IMG/VR virus record: IMGVR_UViG_3300025154_000082
Coordinates: 4,296-68,295 of that record
Direction: 5' to 3' (one strand)
DNA: 64,000 nt
From: a virus
Shown in pieces: positions 17,677-26,940 of the stretch. A program made the position numbers and the translations under genes. Numbering within the stretch: the first letter of the stretch is position 1; each line of letters starts with the position of its first letter. The notes under the pieces are model-generated. The model was not told where the DNA came from, made no database searches, and saw only the letters and a program-made list of their open reading frames with translations.

Positions 17677-18209
17677 CCTTTCACTTTAGCAAGTTCTTTA
17701 TAAATATCTCCTATAATAAAATCTACTACGAGATTAGTTTTATTTAATACAGTATGAGGAAATTCACCATCTTTTAAAATATCTAGAATATGACCACTAA
17801 TAATTAAAGATTCTTCTTCAGTTTGCATTCTACCAACAGAGTCATATTCTCCAAGATTATTGATAAAATAATTCATATTATGATAAGTATTATGTGTTTC
17901 AACAATTAAACCTTTAAAATTAGAAGACAAATCTTTTCCATAATATAAAGATAGAAGAAGAGGTGAATCTGTAATAATAACATCCACTTTTCCTTTAACT
18001 GTAAACATTTTATGATTTTGTTTACCGAAAATATAAATCTGATCTTCTAAGACCTTAAAACTTTCTTCCCAAACTTTACTTTTTGCATATTCAGTAACAA
18101 GTTCACAACGAATACCTTGTCTTTTTAATTCATAGAATATTCCTGCTGAAGTGGTTGATTTGCCAGCAGATGGGCCTCCAAATATATTTACGACAATAGT
18201 TTTATGCAT
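17670..18209 (-). CDS. P-loop NTPase / nucleotide kinase-like
   Basis: Walker A GGPSAGKST near N-terminus, Walker B-like VDVIITDSP. Confidence 0.5.
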   Translation of the reverse strand: MHKTIVVNIFGGPSAGKSTTSAGIFYELKRQGIRCELVTEYAKSKVWEESFKVLEDQIYIFGKQNHKMFTVKGKVDVIITDSPLLLSLYYGKDLSSNFKGLIVETHNTYHNMNYFINNLGEYDSVGRMQTEEESLIISGHILDILKDGEFPHTVLNKTNLVVDFIIGDIYKELAKVKGC

Positions 18210-18218
18210 TGTTTATAT

Positions 18219-18563
18219 TCACTCCTTAACATATTCTTTAATTTCAATTCCTAATTTCTCTTCTAACCACTTTGATACTAAAAATCTATGACAGAATCCA
18301 CTCTTCTCCCAACATAATAATACAGCATTTTCACCTAATTCTTCATAGACATGTTGAGGATCTAATTTATCAAGAATTTCTTTTTGATATTGTTCAGTAT
18401 AGAATTGTTTATCACCATCTTCTTTGTATTTCTTAAAGAACCAGTACGATGGGGCTAACTTTTTATATTCTCTACCTTTATACCAAGTTGGACATTTACC
18501 TGCAATTGATACAGCATTATCTCCTTTATATTTTGCGTAGTAGGATGTTTGGATAGTGGGCAC
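18219..18563 (-). CDS. DUF488 (YeaO-like) family protein
   Basis: 114 aa; LAPSYWFFKKYK and AVLLCWEKSGFCHRFLVSKWL parallel YeaO APS and TLLYSAK..HA.VLADWL blocks; assignment tentative. Confidence 0.4.
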   Translation of the reverse strand: MPTIQTSYYAKYKGDNAVSIAGKCPTWYKGREYKKLAPSYWFFKKYKEDGDKQFYTEQYQKEILDKLDPQHVYEELGENAVLLCWEKSGFCHRFLVSKWLEEKLGIEIKEYVKE

Positions 18564-18656
18564 ACTCCTTTTATATAAACTTAAAGCTCCATTTATATTA
18601 GATTTAGTATACTATATAGTAATTGGATAATTGGTTAAACACCAGATGTAGTATTG

Positions 18657-19445
18657 TTAAATCCTTTCACATTTACATACTCCATCTTTATAACTTTCAC
18701 AGGGAATTATTTTTCCATCACACATCACAACTAATTTTTCTATTCCTGCTGTACATTTCCCATGTGATAAAGGAAGACCTAACTTGACAACATCTTTATA
18801 TTTAGTATATAAATGATCCATTTGCTCCTTTAAGATTCTATCATCTAATATTAAATATTGGTTGTTAACGCATCTCCCTTGATTAACTAGTTTTAATAGA
18901 TTTATCTTTTTCACACCTAAATTAATCAAATAATCTATTGTTTCTTCTAGTGTATAAATATTAATTGTCATTGGAACTATATGAACTTCGACATTCATAT
19001 TAGTTTTTAATGAATATCTTAAATTAGATAAGACAGTAGAATATAAATCTTTGTTTGCAATAAAGTTAAATATATTGTTTCTATTGCTGTAAAAGGGAAA
19101 AACAATTGTATTAATATATTTGTCAAATGATAATTTTTTTATATCATTACCCCACCATCCATCTCCAGAGGTATACATTTTTACTTTTACATTTTTAGTT
19201 TGTAGATATTCTAACAGATTATAAATATCTGGATATAATAATGGTTCTCCTCCGCTAAGATTTACCCATTCTGGATCGTATTTGTCAATAGTTTCTTTTA
19301 TTATGTTAATATCTAATTTATCTAGCTCGTCATTATAGTTAGAACTTGCATTAGTAGAGCAATGCAGACAATTATTAAAACATTTATTAGTTAGTTCAAA
19401 CGTTATCTCTTTTATATTGATCAACTCCTTTTCAAATGTCAACAA
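18657..19445 (-). CDS. radical SAM enzyme with C-terminal auxiliary Cys cluster (SPASM/twitch-like)
   Basis: CFNNCLHC (CxxxCxxC) at residues 22-29, LSGGEPLL glycine-rich SAM motif, C-terminal C..C.....C..C.C cluster. Confidence 0.65.
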   Translation of the reverse strand: MLTFEKELINIKEITFELTNKCFNNCLHCSTNASSNYNDELDKLDINIIKETIDKYDPEWVNLSGGEPLLYPDIYNLLEYLQTKNVKVKMYTSGDGWWGNDIKKLSFDKYINTIVFPFYSNRNNIFNFIANKDLYSTVLSNLRYSLKTNMNVEVHIVPMTINIYTLEETIDYLINLGVKKINLLKLVNQGRCVNNQYLILDDRILKEQMDHLYTKYKDVVKLGLPLSHGKCTAGIEKLVVMCDGKIIPCESYKDGVCKCERI

Positions 19446-19449
19446 ATGT

Positions 19450-19974
19450 TTATTTCGAAGTATTACTTAAAGTAATCTCTATCTTACAATCACTAATTAA
19501 TTGTCTATATTTTACTTCTGCCATATTTAGAATAAATCTAGAAGCAATTGTTTGTTCCATATCCTTATATTTATCACTTAGATATACTACTTCAGATATT
19601 CCAGATTGAACAATTGTTTTAGAACACTCATTACAAGGAAATAATGTGGAGTAAAGAATACATCCATTTAAATTATTTTTAGCATAAAGTATAGAATTTT
19701 GCTCTGCATGAATGACATATAGATATTTTCCTTCTAATCCTTCTTTTGATTCCCAAGGCATTTCTGAATCATTGCATTTGTTAGGCATTCCATTGTAACC
19801 AGTTGATATGATCCGATGATTAGTGTCCACTATACATGCTCCTACTTGTGTTCTTGGATCTTTGCTACGCAATGATGATATGTACGCAACGCTCATGAAA
19901 TAATCATCCCAATTTATTATTTGCATTTGGTTTTGTAGTCCTTTCTGTGAGGGGGTAGGAGAGATATATTTCAA
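19450..19974 (-). CDS. dCMP deaminase (cytidine/deoxycytidylate deaminase family)
   Basis: zinc-binding HAEQNS and PCNECSK motifs. Confidence 0.75.
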   Translation of the reverse strand: MKYISPTPSQKGLQNQMQIINWDDYFMSVAYISSLRSKDPRTQVGACIVDTNHRIISTGYNGMPNKCNDSEMPWESKEGLEGKYLYVIHAEQNSILYAKNNLNGCILYSTLFPCNECSKTIVQSGISEVVYLSDKYKDMEQTIASRFILNMAEVKYRQLISDCKIEITLSNTSK

Positions 19975-20139
19975 TCTCTGCTACTAAAAATATAGACAAA
20001 TATACTCAATTATCTATATCTAGATAATTGCTGATTCATAGTGTCTGTTTTTGTATTATTTCTAACACTACTCACATTTGGTGTAACACTCCACAGCCGT
20101 AAATTCCCGACTAGCCATCGGTATTTGATAATATTTGTT

Positions 20140-21319
20140 TTAAGCAACTTTAAATACTTTAGCATTCTTCAAATTTACACTTGCATTTTTATCACGATCA
20201 AGAATCATTCCACATTCTTTACAAATATATTCTCTATCTGAAAGTTTCAAATCCCTATCTATAGCACCACATTCACTACACATTTTACTTGAAGGAAAAT
20301 ATCTATCAACAATTCTTAACTCAATATTATTCCATGAACATTTATATGTTAATTGCCTTCTAAACTCATGAAAACTTTGTTCGGCGACTGCTTTAGATAA
20401 ATGCCTATTCTTCATCATCCCCTTGACGTTCAAGTCTTCGATCACTATATACTCTGGTTTGTTTTTCACCAGAATATTTGTGATTTGATGAGCATAATTT
20501 AAACGAATATTGGATAATTTTTGATAAATAGTTCTGATTTGAGCTTCTAACTTGATAATGTTTTTAGTTTTAATGAACTTCTTGCCATCTTTGTTCATTT
20601 CGTATTTTTTAGAGACTTGACGTTGAAGTCTTCTTAATTTTCTTTTAAGTTTCTTTACAGCAATAGTCTTATTGATATTTTTGAATGGTTTATCAATATT
20701 GCTGATAATTGCCAAATCCTTAACCCCTAAGTCAATTCCAATTCCTTCATTACTAACATTTGAATAATTATTATTGTCTACAATATCACACAGTACAGAA
20801 ACATAATACCTTCCTGCTTTCATTGAAACAGTACCACTTACTACTTTTGCATTGGTTGGAATATATCCTTTTTCTTTCAGTTCGACAAATCCTAAAGTTG
20901 GAATTTGTATTTTATGACGTTTAACAGTCCAGTCACCCTTCCCATTCTTAGGAAAATAGATATTAACATCTTGATTTTTCTTCTTCTTGAATCTAGGGAA
21001 TTTAGCTTGCCCCCTTAAAGAATCTTTTATATGCCATTTCTGCATTTACGATTGCTTTCTTTCTTGCCTTTGACCCACAATTATCAATCCATTTGAATTC
21101 ATCTAATACTTTTACTTCATTATTAATATATTTATCAAAATCATTGGCACTCATAAACGCTTGTTTCTTGTCAATCTTACCTTCTTTGTATAATTTATAA
21201 AGTTCTTGATTCTTAGTTAAATAAGAATTATAGAGGAAGCGACATATGCCAATTGATTGATGAATTTTATTAATATGAATTTCGGTTACTCTGAGTTCAG
21301 TTTTAAATCCTTTGAGCAT
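20140..21319 (-). pseudogene. tnpB: tnpB with single-base frameshift in poly-G tract
   Basis: ORFs 21002..21319 and 20140..21045 join as ...AYKRFFKG/QAKFPRFKKK if the GGGGG run (plus-strand ccccc 21011-21015) is GGGG; C-terminal zinc ribbon CSECGAI...CKECG. Confidence 0.55.
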
Positions 21320-21490
21320 ACTACCTTCCTCCCTTCATTAAATAATTTTAAATGTTCATCTGTATAATAACGTCTGTCAGTAGGTGTTCTAAATTCTTTT
21401 AATTTACCTTTCTATATCACATCTTTGATGCGTTTTGACTGACACACCTAACATTTCTGCAAAATCATGTGGTTTATAATTGCTCATGCA
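21320..21490 (-). pseudogene. tnpA: truncated IS607-type tnpA (MerR-like HTH only, extra A in homopolymer)
   Basis: minus-strand frame MSNYKPHDFAEMLGVSVKTHQRCDIE(R-stop) continuing after removing one A as GKLKEFRTPTDRRYYTDEHLKLFNEGR; no serine-recombinase catalytic domain follows. Confidence 0.4.
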
Positions 21491-21579
21491 CTCAACCTCC
21501 CTGAGTATATCTTAACACTTATAAACACATTTGTTAATGTTTTTGGCAATCATTCCTAACTCTCCTTTTTGTATTATAA

Positions 21580-22182
21580 TTACTTAATAAAATGTTCTAC
21601 AGCAATTTTACTCCAAGATTCTAACTCTCCTTCAAAATTAAGTAAATCATTTTTAGAAATCCAATCACCAACTAAAGTGTCTGTTTCTTTTACACTAATA
21701 TCTAGTCCTGCAACTTCAACAACATACACAAGGCCCAAATGGACTGAATCAACCTCTGTATTATTTGAGCAAATCATACCAATTAGATCAATAGATTTAA
21801 TACTTGAATTGATATTAATTTCTTCATCTAATTCTCTCATCATACCTGACTTGATGTAATCATCATCAGTGCCATCTACACGCTCTAGATGCCCTCCTAC
21901 GCCTAGAGAATACTTACCTGTGAGTCTTACATCACCTTCTAATCTACGAGTGATGAAATAGTTATCAGCACATTTTACTAAGCAATAAGGGATTATTTGT
22001 CTATGCTCAAAATTCAATTCTGCATCATAACGAGGAATGAATTTCCCCACTGAGTTAAAAATATCACTATATTTATTGTCTTTGTCTAATTCAACGAATG
22101 TATCAAAATCTTTTGTCAATTCATTGCTTACTACAAATACTTCAACGTCGCCATATTTAGCTTTTAATTGTTCTTTATCCAT
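21580..22182 (-). CDS. Nudix-like hydrolase (degenerate Nudix box)
   Basis: GGHLERVDGTDDDYIKSGMMRELDEEI approximates Gx5Ex7REUxEE. Confidence 0.35.
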   Translation of the reverse strand: MDKEQLKAKYGDVEVFVVSNELTKDFDTFVELDKDNKYSDIFNSVGKFIPRYDAELNFEHRQIIPYCLVKCADNYFITRRLEGDVRLTGKYSLGVGGHLERVDGTDDDYIKSGMMRELDEEININSSIKSIDLIGMICSNNTEVDSVHLGLVYVVEVAGLDISVKETDTLVGDWISKNDLLNFEGELESWSKIAVEHFIK

Positions 22183-22212
22183 TATTAATTTCCTCTTTTC
22201 ATTTTATTTATT

Positions 22213-25200
22213 TTAGCACTTGCTATATCCACAAACACAACTAATACAGCCACTAATATGTTTCAATTTAATACCACAGTCTGGACATTTATCTTTTTCA
22301 TCAGGTTCCAATTTTTCTTCATTTGATAATTTAGCAATAGGTTTAATACTTGCACTTAATTCTCCATTGATAAATTTTAGCATTTGTTTTGCTATAGAAT
22401 CCGCACAACTTTTCCCGATAGTCTTATCTTTTTTTCTAGCTTCTTTACTCACATCGCAACTTACGCTTTGAAGTTGATCAATTACTTGCAGAGGATCAAC
22501 ATTTGCTCTTAATAATAATGATACAGACCTACTCAACCCCTCTGTCATTCCGCGACAGCCTCCGGTACTTCCTGATTGAGAAAATATTTCACATAAATTA
22601 TTATCATTGTCATATACAAGTGTTAACCACATTGATCCACATCCAGTTTTAATTTTTAATCTTACTGAATTGGCAATATCTAATGTTTCATTAATCAAGA
22701 CATATTTTTTATCTTCATCAGTTGAAGAAATTTTACCTCCTGAAAGGGTTTGATTTTGTCTTGACCCATCTCTATAGACAGCTAATCCCTTAAGACCTTC
22801 TTTCCAAGCATAAATGTAAATATCATATATATCTTCTACACTAGCATTACTTGAAAAATTGACTGTTTTAGACAAGGATAAATCTACATGTTTTTGCAAA
22901 ACTGATACCATGTTCACATGTTCTTTAGGAGATAAATCATGAGCAGTAACAAAAATATTTCTAATTTCTTTAGGAATTTCTTTTATTCCTTGACATGAAC
23001 CATGATTATTTTCAATCTTACCCATTAGTTCTTCAGAATAAATCCCCAATTCTTTAAGTTTGTTTTCAAAGGTTGGATTATTTATAAAATAAATATTATT
23101 ATCATATGTCCTACGACTGTATGTAAGACCAAATTGTGGTTCGCAACCTCCAGAAACCCCTGCTAGAAATGATATTGTTCCATTGGGGGCAATTGAAAGC
23201 AATGAACTATTTCTAACTTTCAATCCCTGTTGTTGCCATTCACTACCTTCCCAAGCAGGGTAAACTCCTCGTTCTTCTGCTAAATCCATTGTAGCTTTTA
23301 AGGCATTGTCTTTCATTACTTTAATAATTCTCTCTGCGAAATCATAACCTTTTTGAGAATTATATTTAATTCCTAATACATACAGAGCATCTGCCAAACC
23401 CATCATTCCCATTCCAATGGGACGAATCGCTTCAGTCATTTGTTGAATTTTGGTTAGTGGCAATTTATTAATAGAAATCATATTATCAAACCATCTAATC
23501 GCTTTATATGACAAGATTTTTAATTTATCCCAATTAAATTTACCATCTTTGATACAAGCATATATATTAATACTACCTAAGTTACATGAAGAATTAGGTA
23601 TATTACTAAACTCATTGCAATTATGGACATAAGCTCCATTTGTAATTCCCATATGTAACTCATTTTCTGTAAAATCCCATACTTCTGCTTCATCTAGTTC
23701 AGAGATTAATATCACTGTTTCAAATTTTTCATCTAGTTTGTTTTGGTATTCTAGATAGCCATTTTTATAGTCTTGAATAAATCCAATTTCATCAAGGAAT
23801 TTTTTATAGGAATTTCTACTAATAACAATATGGGCAGATTGTTTACAAGTATAAGTCCCATTGCTAAATTCTATATCATTCTTTTTATTGTGATACCACA
23901 ATTTGCCTTTAACACCAAACATCAATAACATTTGTTGAACCTGTTTCAACATTTCTGTATTAATAGATACTAATTGAATCCTATGATGTTCTTTTAAATT
24001 GCATCCATTTGCACTAAAAAGTCCAATCAAAAAATCTTTCATTTCATTTTTAGGAAGAGTCATAATCCAATCTGGTATCATACGATCATCAATTTTATCA
24101 TAAAAAGCATTAGCGTATACAGTACCATAGGGGATATTTAAGACATGATTTATATCTTGCTTGTTAGAATCTTTTGCGTAAAACTTTTCTCCTAATTCTT
24201 TTTCTATTAAAATCATTGCTTCTTTATCTTTTTCTGGATTTGCAAAAATATATTTCATTCTATTAGATGCTTTATGGAATGTTGCATCTCCAAATTCAAA
24301 ACCTAAGACTTTATAATTTACATGAGGGTATAGATTATTTCCGATCCATTCTTTTTCTTTAATTTCAAAAGCAATATCTTTTCCAATTAAATCAATTGCT
24401 TTACACCAACTACCATCTTTAAGCATAAATTTATGATCTTCAGTAGTAGTGTACTCATAACCACTTTTAGTCATAATTTTATATACTTTTTTTATGCCTG
24501 TTTGCCATGTTTTCGTAGTTACATATTTTTCTCCATTCCACATCTTAGATTTAATATTGCTAATTTTCTCTAAACCATTCTCAGTTACCATATAAGTATC
24601 TTTGTGTAAACAAGGATTTGTAAAAATTAATGTACTTAAATGTTTATTGGGATTATCCGCATCCATGCGACTTTGATAATTCGCTCCGGGTTCTCCTGTC
24701 TCCCATGAACATCTTGCAATTTCTTCTAAAATTTCTTTTGCTTTTAATGTCTGATACACAATGGTTGGATAACCTTTATCTTTCCACCACTCTAAATCTC
24801 CATTCCATTCTTGATTATAAATTTCCTTATTCCATTGATAATCAGGAAACTCTAGATTCCAATCTTCATCATTTTCTACAGCCTTCATAAAATCATCAGT
24901 AAGAGAGATAGAAATATTCATTCTTTTTAATTCACTTGTATTGTCTTTACTATGTATAAAATCTAATAATTGAGGATGCCAACATTGAAGATTTATTTTT
25001 AAAGCGCCTTTTCTTGATGGATTAAATTTAGTCATATCATCAGCAGTTCTATCATATTTTCCCATAAATGTAGTAACTCCACCAGCATATCCTTTAGATG
25101 TATCTACTTTTGCTTTTGCAGGTCTTAATACACTAATATCTGTTCCTGCACCACCATTGCGTTGAAAAATCTTACTAAATTCTGCATCTAACAAACATAT

Positions 25201-25479
25201 GTCTTCTATATTATCTTTCGTTTGCAAAACAAAGCAAGATGATAATTGGCCTGGATTATCTTTATCTGCGTTTAACAAAACGGGTGTACTAAATATGAAT
25301 TCCAAATTAGACATTGCTTCATAAACTTCTTTTTTAATCTGTTGTTTTTTATCATTAGTTTCTACTTCTGCAATTGCAGTTGAAACCCTTTCACATAAAT
25401 CTTCCCAAGTTTTTTCGTTTTCTTTAAAGTATTGTTTTTCTTTAAGTAATTTCAATGCATCTTCTGAAATAGTTGTCAA
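22213..25479 (-). CDS. nrdJ: class II (adenosylcobalamin-type, monomeric) ribonucleotide reductase NrdJ, intein-containing
   Basis: after intein removal active site reads TNP-C-NEFSNIPNSSCNLGSINI (cf. NPCGE...CNL of class II RTPR); C-terminal zinc ribbon CPDCG...CISCVCG. Confidence 0.7.
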   Translation of the reverse strand: MTTISEDALKLLKEKQYFKENEKTWEDLCERVSTAIAEVETNDKKQQIKKEVYEAMSNLEFIFSTPVLLNADKDNPGQLSSCFVLQTKDNIEDICLLDAEFSKIFQRNGGAGTDISVLRPAKAKVDTSKGYAGGVTTFMGKYDRTADDMTKFNPSRKGALKINLQCWHPQLLDFIHSKDNTSELKRMNISISLTDDFMKAVENDEDWNLEFPDYQWNKEIYNQEWNGDLEWWKDKGYPTIVYQTLKAKEILEEIARCSWETGEPGANYQSRMDADNPNKHLSTLIFTNPCLHKDTYMVTENGLEKISNIKSKMWNGEKYVTTKTWQTGIKKVYKIMTKSGYEYTTTEDHKFMLKDGSWCKAIDLIGKDIAFEIKEKEWIGNNLYPHVNYKVLGFEFGDATFHKASNRMKYIFANPEKDKEAMILIEKELGEKFYAKDSNKQDINHVLNIPYGTVYANAFYDKIDDRMIPDWIMTLPKNEMKDFLIGLFSANGCNLKEHHRIQLVSINTEMLKQVQQMLLMFGVKGKLWYHNKKNDIEFSNGTYTCKQSAHIVISRNSYKKFLDEIGFIQDYKNGYLEYQNKLDEKFETVILISELDEAEVWDFTENELHMGITNGAYVHNCNEFSNIPNSSCNLGSINIYACIKDGKFNWDKLKILSYKAIRWFDNMISINKLPLTKIQQMTEAIRPIGMGMMGLADALYVLGIKYNSQKGYDFAERIIKVMKDNALKATMDLAEERGVYPAWEGSEWQQQGLKVRNSSLLSIAPNGTISFLAGVSGGCEPQFGLTYSRRTYDNNIYFINNPTFENKLKELGIYSEELMGKIENNHGSCQGIKEIPKEIRNIFVTAHDLSPKEHVNMVSVLQKHVDLSLSKTVNFSSNASVEDIYDIYIYAWKEGLKGLAVYRDGSRQNQTLSGGKISSTDEDKKYVLINETLDIANSVRLKIKTGCGSMWLTLVYDNDNNLCEIFSQSGSTGGCRGMTEGLSRSVSLLLRANVDPLQVIDQLQSVSCDVSKEARKKDKTIGKSCADSIAKQMLKFINGELSASIKPIAKLSNEEKLEPDEKDKCPDCGIKLKHISGCISCVCGYSKC
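23620..24612 (-). mobile_element. intein (331 aa) with LAGLIDADG homing endonuclease domain inserted at RNR active-site Cys
   Basis: begins with Cys (aa290) after TNP and ends ...VHN followed by Cys (aa621); LAGLIDADG blocks VLGFEFGDATF and FLIGLFSANGC. Confidence 0.65.
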
Positions 25480-25533
25480 TTTATGTATCCTCCAATAATT
25501 TTATTTTAATATTTATAAGTTAAAAAGATTATT

Positions 25534-25767
25534 CTATTGCCTTTGAATACGTTCATATTCTTTTTCATATTTCTCCATAATTTTAGTATCATACTGCCAA
25601 CCTGAAATCTCTGCACTTAAATTATTAGAAAGCACCCTCACTTCTTCCATTTCTACCTTATTTAATTCAGAAAATTTATGTAATAGTCTTTTCAATTCTC
25701 TAACAATGTCTAAGATATCCATATTTCCATAATCCATTGTCATCATATTTCTATCACCTCCCTTCAA
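25534..25767 (-). CDS. hypothetical protein
   Basis: 77-aa ORF. Confidence 0.3.
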   Translation of the reverse strand: MKGGDRNMMTMDYGNMDILDIVRELKRLLHKFSELNKVEMEEVRVLSNNLSAEISGWQYDTKIMEKYEKEYERIQRQ

Positions 25768-26019
25768 TTACTTCCAGTGATTATTCTTCTTTAGAATATC
25801 AACAACCTCATCAGCATAATCAACATCAACATTAATAACAAGATATTTATTTCCTGTATTCTTATTGAATTTATATCTACTGATTCTAATATTTTTAAGT
25901 ATTCTAGCTAAATCTGTCCTATCTTGTTCTGAAGCATGTTTAATCACATCTTCTTGTTTAATGACAATGTATTTATTGAAGTCTGCACCACTTAAATTAA
26001 CACTCAAATGTTTTACCAC
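25768..26019 (-). CDS. hypothetical protein
   Basis: 83-aa ORF. Confidence 0.3.
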   Translation of the reverse strand: MVKHLSVNLSGADFNKYIVIKQEDVIKHASEQDRTDLARILKNIRISRYKFNKNTGNKYLVINVDVDYADEVVDILKKNNHWK

Positions 26020-26187
26020 CTTCTTTCTATTTTAAATAACCATTAATTCTTTTATCATAAAGATATTCACCTAATGATGAACTTAATAAGTTTGCAAATA
26101 TTCTCAATTCCTCTAATTGTTTAAAATTTAGAACAGGATAATTATTGAGTAACGGTTTCATTTGTTCGACAATATATATTTCTCTGA

Positions 26188-26391
26188 TTATGTATCACCT
26201 TCTTTATCTTCGATTAATTCTACCTGAACCATCTTGCTCCTATCTCCATAAAACCATTGCCAATTGTTCTCTTTTGAACAAATGTTTTTAAATTTAATAT
26301 AAACAAGATTGGAGGAGTTTTTATATAAGAATCTACTACATACCATTGATTGTATGCAATCGGAGTATTCACATAAGCAGAAATCGAACAC
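26188..26391 (-). CDS. hypothetical Cys-containing protein
   Basis: 67-aa ORF. Confidence 0.25.
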   Translation of the reverse strand: MFDFCLCEYSDCIQSMVCSRFLYKNSSNLVYIKFKNICSKENNWQWFYGDRSKMVQVELIEDKEGDT

Positions 26392-26394
26392 TAA

Positions 26395-26769
26395 TTAATC
26401 TTCCATCCTTTCATTTTTAATTTCTGACATTTCATTATCAAATACTTCAATTGCCACCTTTTTGTAATAATGACCTTTATTAGTGTCTTGATCTACAATG
26501 AATGCGTAATTAACTTTATCTGTATAGTTTTTCTCATACTCTTCAGAAGTGCACTGAATCCAATCACCATCTCTACCATGTAAAATTTTAATATGTATCA
26601 CCTCTTTTGATTTAGCAAGAATTTGATTAGTGGTATTAATAAGATATGTGATCAAATTCTTGCTAATATTTATTTTATGCTTATGTATGTTAATTATGTC
26701 AAGATTATTGAATAATAGAATATAGATATTAACCGATTTTCTTATAATAAGTAGTGATATTTGTGTCAT
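26395..26769 (-). CDS. hypothetical protein (tandem paralog of short ORF 26770..26878)
   Basis: GDWIQCTSEEYEKNYTDKVNYAFIVDQDTNKGHYYKK repeated as GKWTTCTSQEYNSQDKANFMFSKNNDTNITTYYKK in adjacent 36-codon ORF. Confidence 0.35.
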   Translation of the reverse strand: MTQISLLIIRKSVNIYILLFNNLDIINIHKHKINISKNLITYLINTTNQILAKSKEVIHIKILHGRDGDWIQCTSEEYEKNYTDKVNYAFIVDQDTNKGHYYKKVAIEVFDNEMSEIKNERMED

Positions 26770-26940
26770 TATTTTTGCTGAACATGAAGTTTGCTTTGTC
26801 TTGGGAATTGTATTCTTGAGAAGTGCATGTAGTCCATTTTCCGTCGATGCGATTGATGAGTTTTGTGGGGTTCATTTTTGTTTTTCACCTCCTCTCTATG
26901 TGAATATTATAGCATGTGGGGAATGTGGTGTCAAGGAATT

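Larger units (their letters stand above)
20000..21575 (-). mobile_element. IS607-like element remnant: truncated tnpA (HTH only) + frameshifted tnpB
   Basis: MerR-type HTH fragment typical of IS607 serine-recombinase TnpA directly abutting tnpB; inserted between Nudix-like gene and dCMP deaminase. Confidence 0.45.

Noticed and set aside
18657-19445. Radical SAM as anaerobic RNR activase NrdG
   Set aside because: The RNR in the window is class II (NPC...CNL finger, C-terminal Zn ribbon), not the glycyl-radical class III enzyme that NrdG activates. The rSAM is also longer and has an extra C-terminal Cys cluster.
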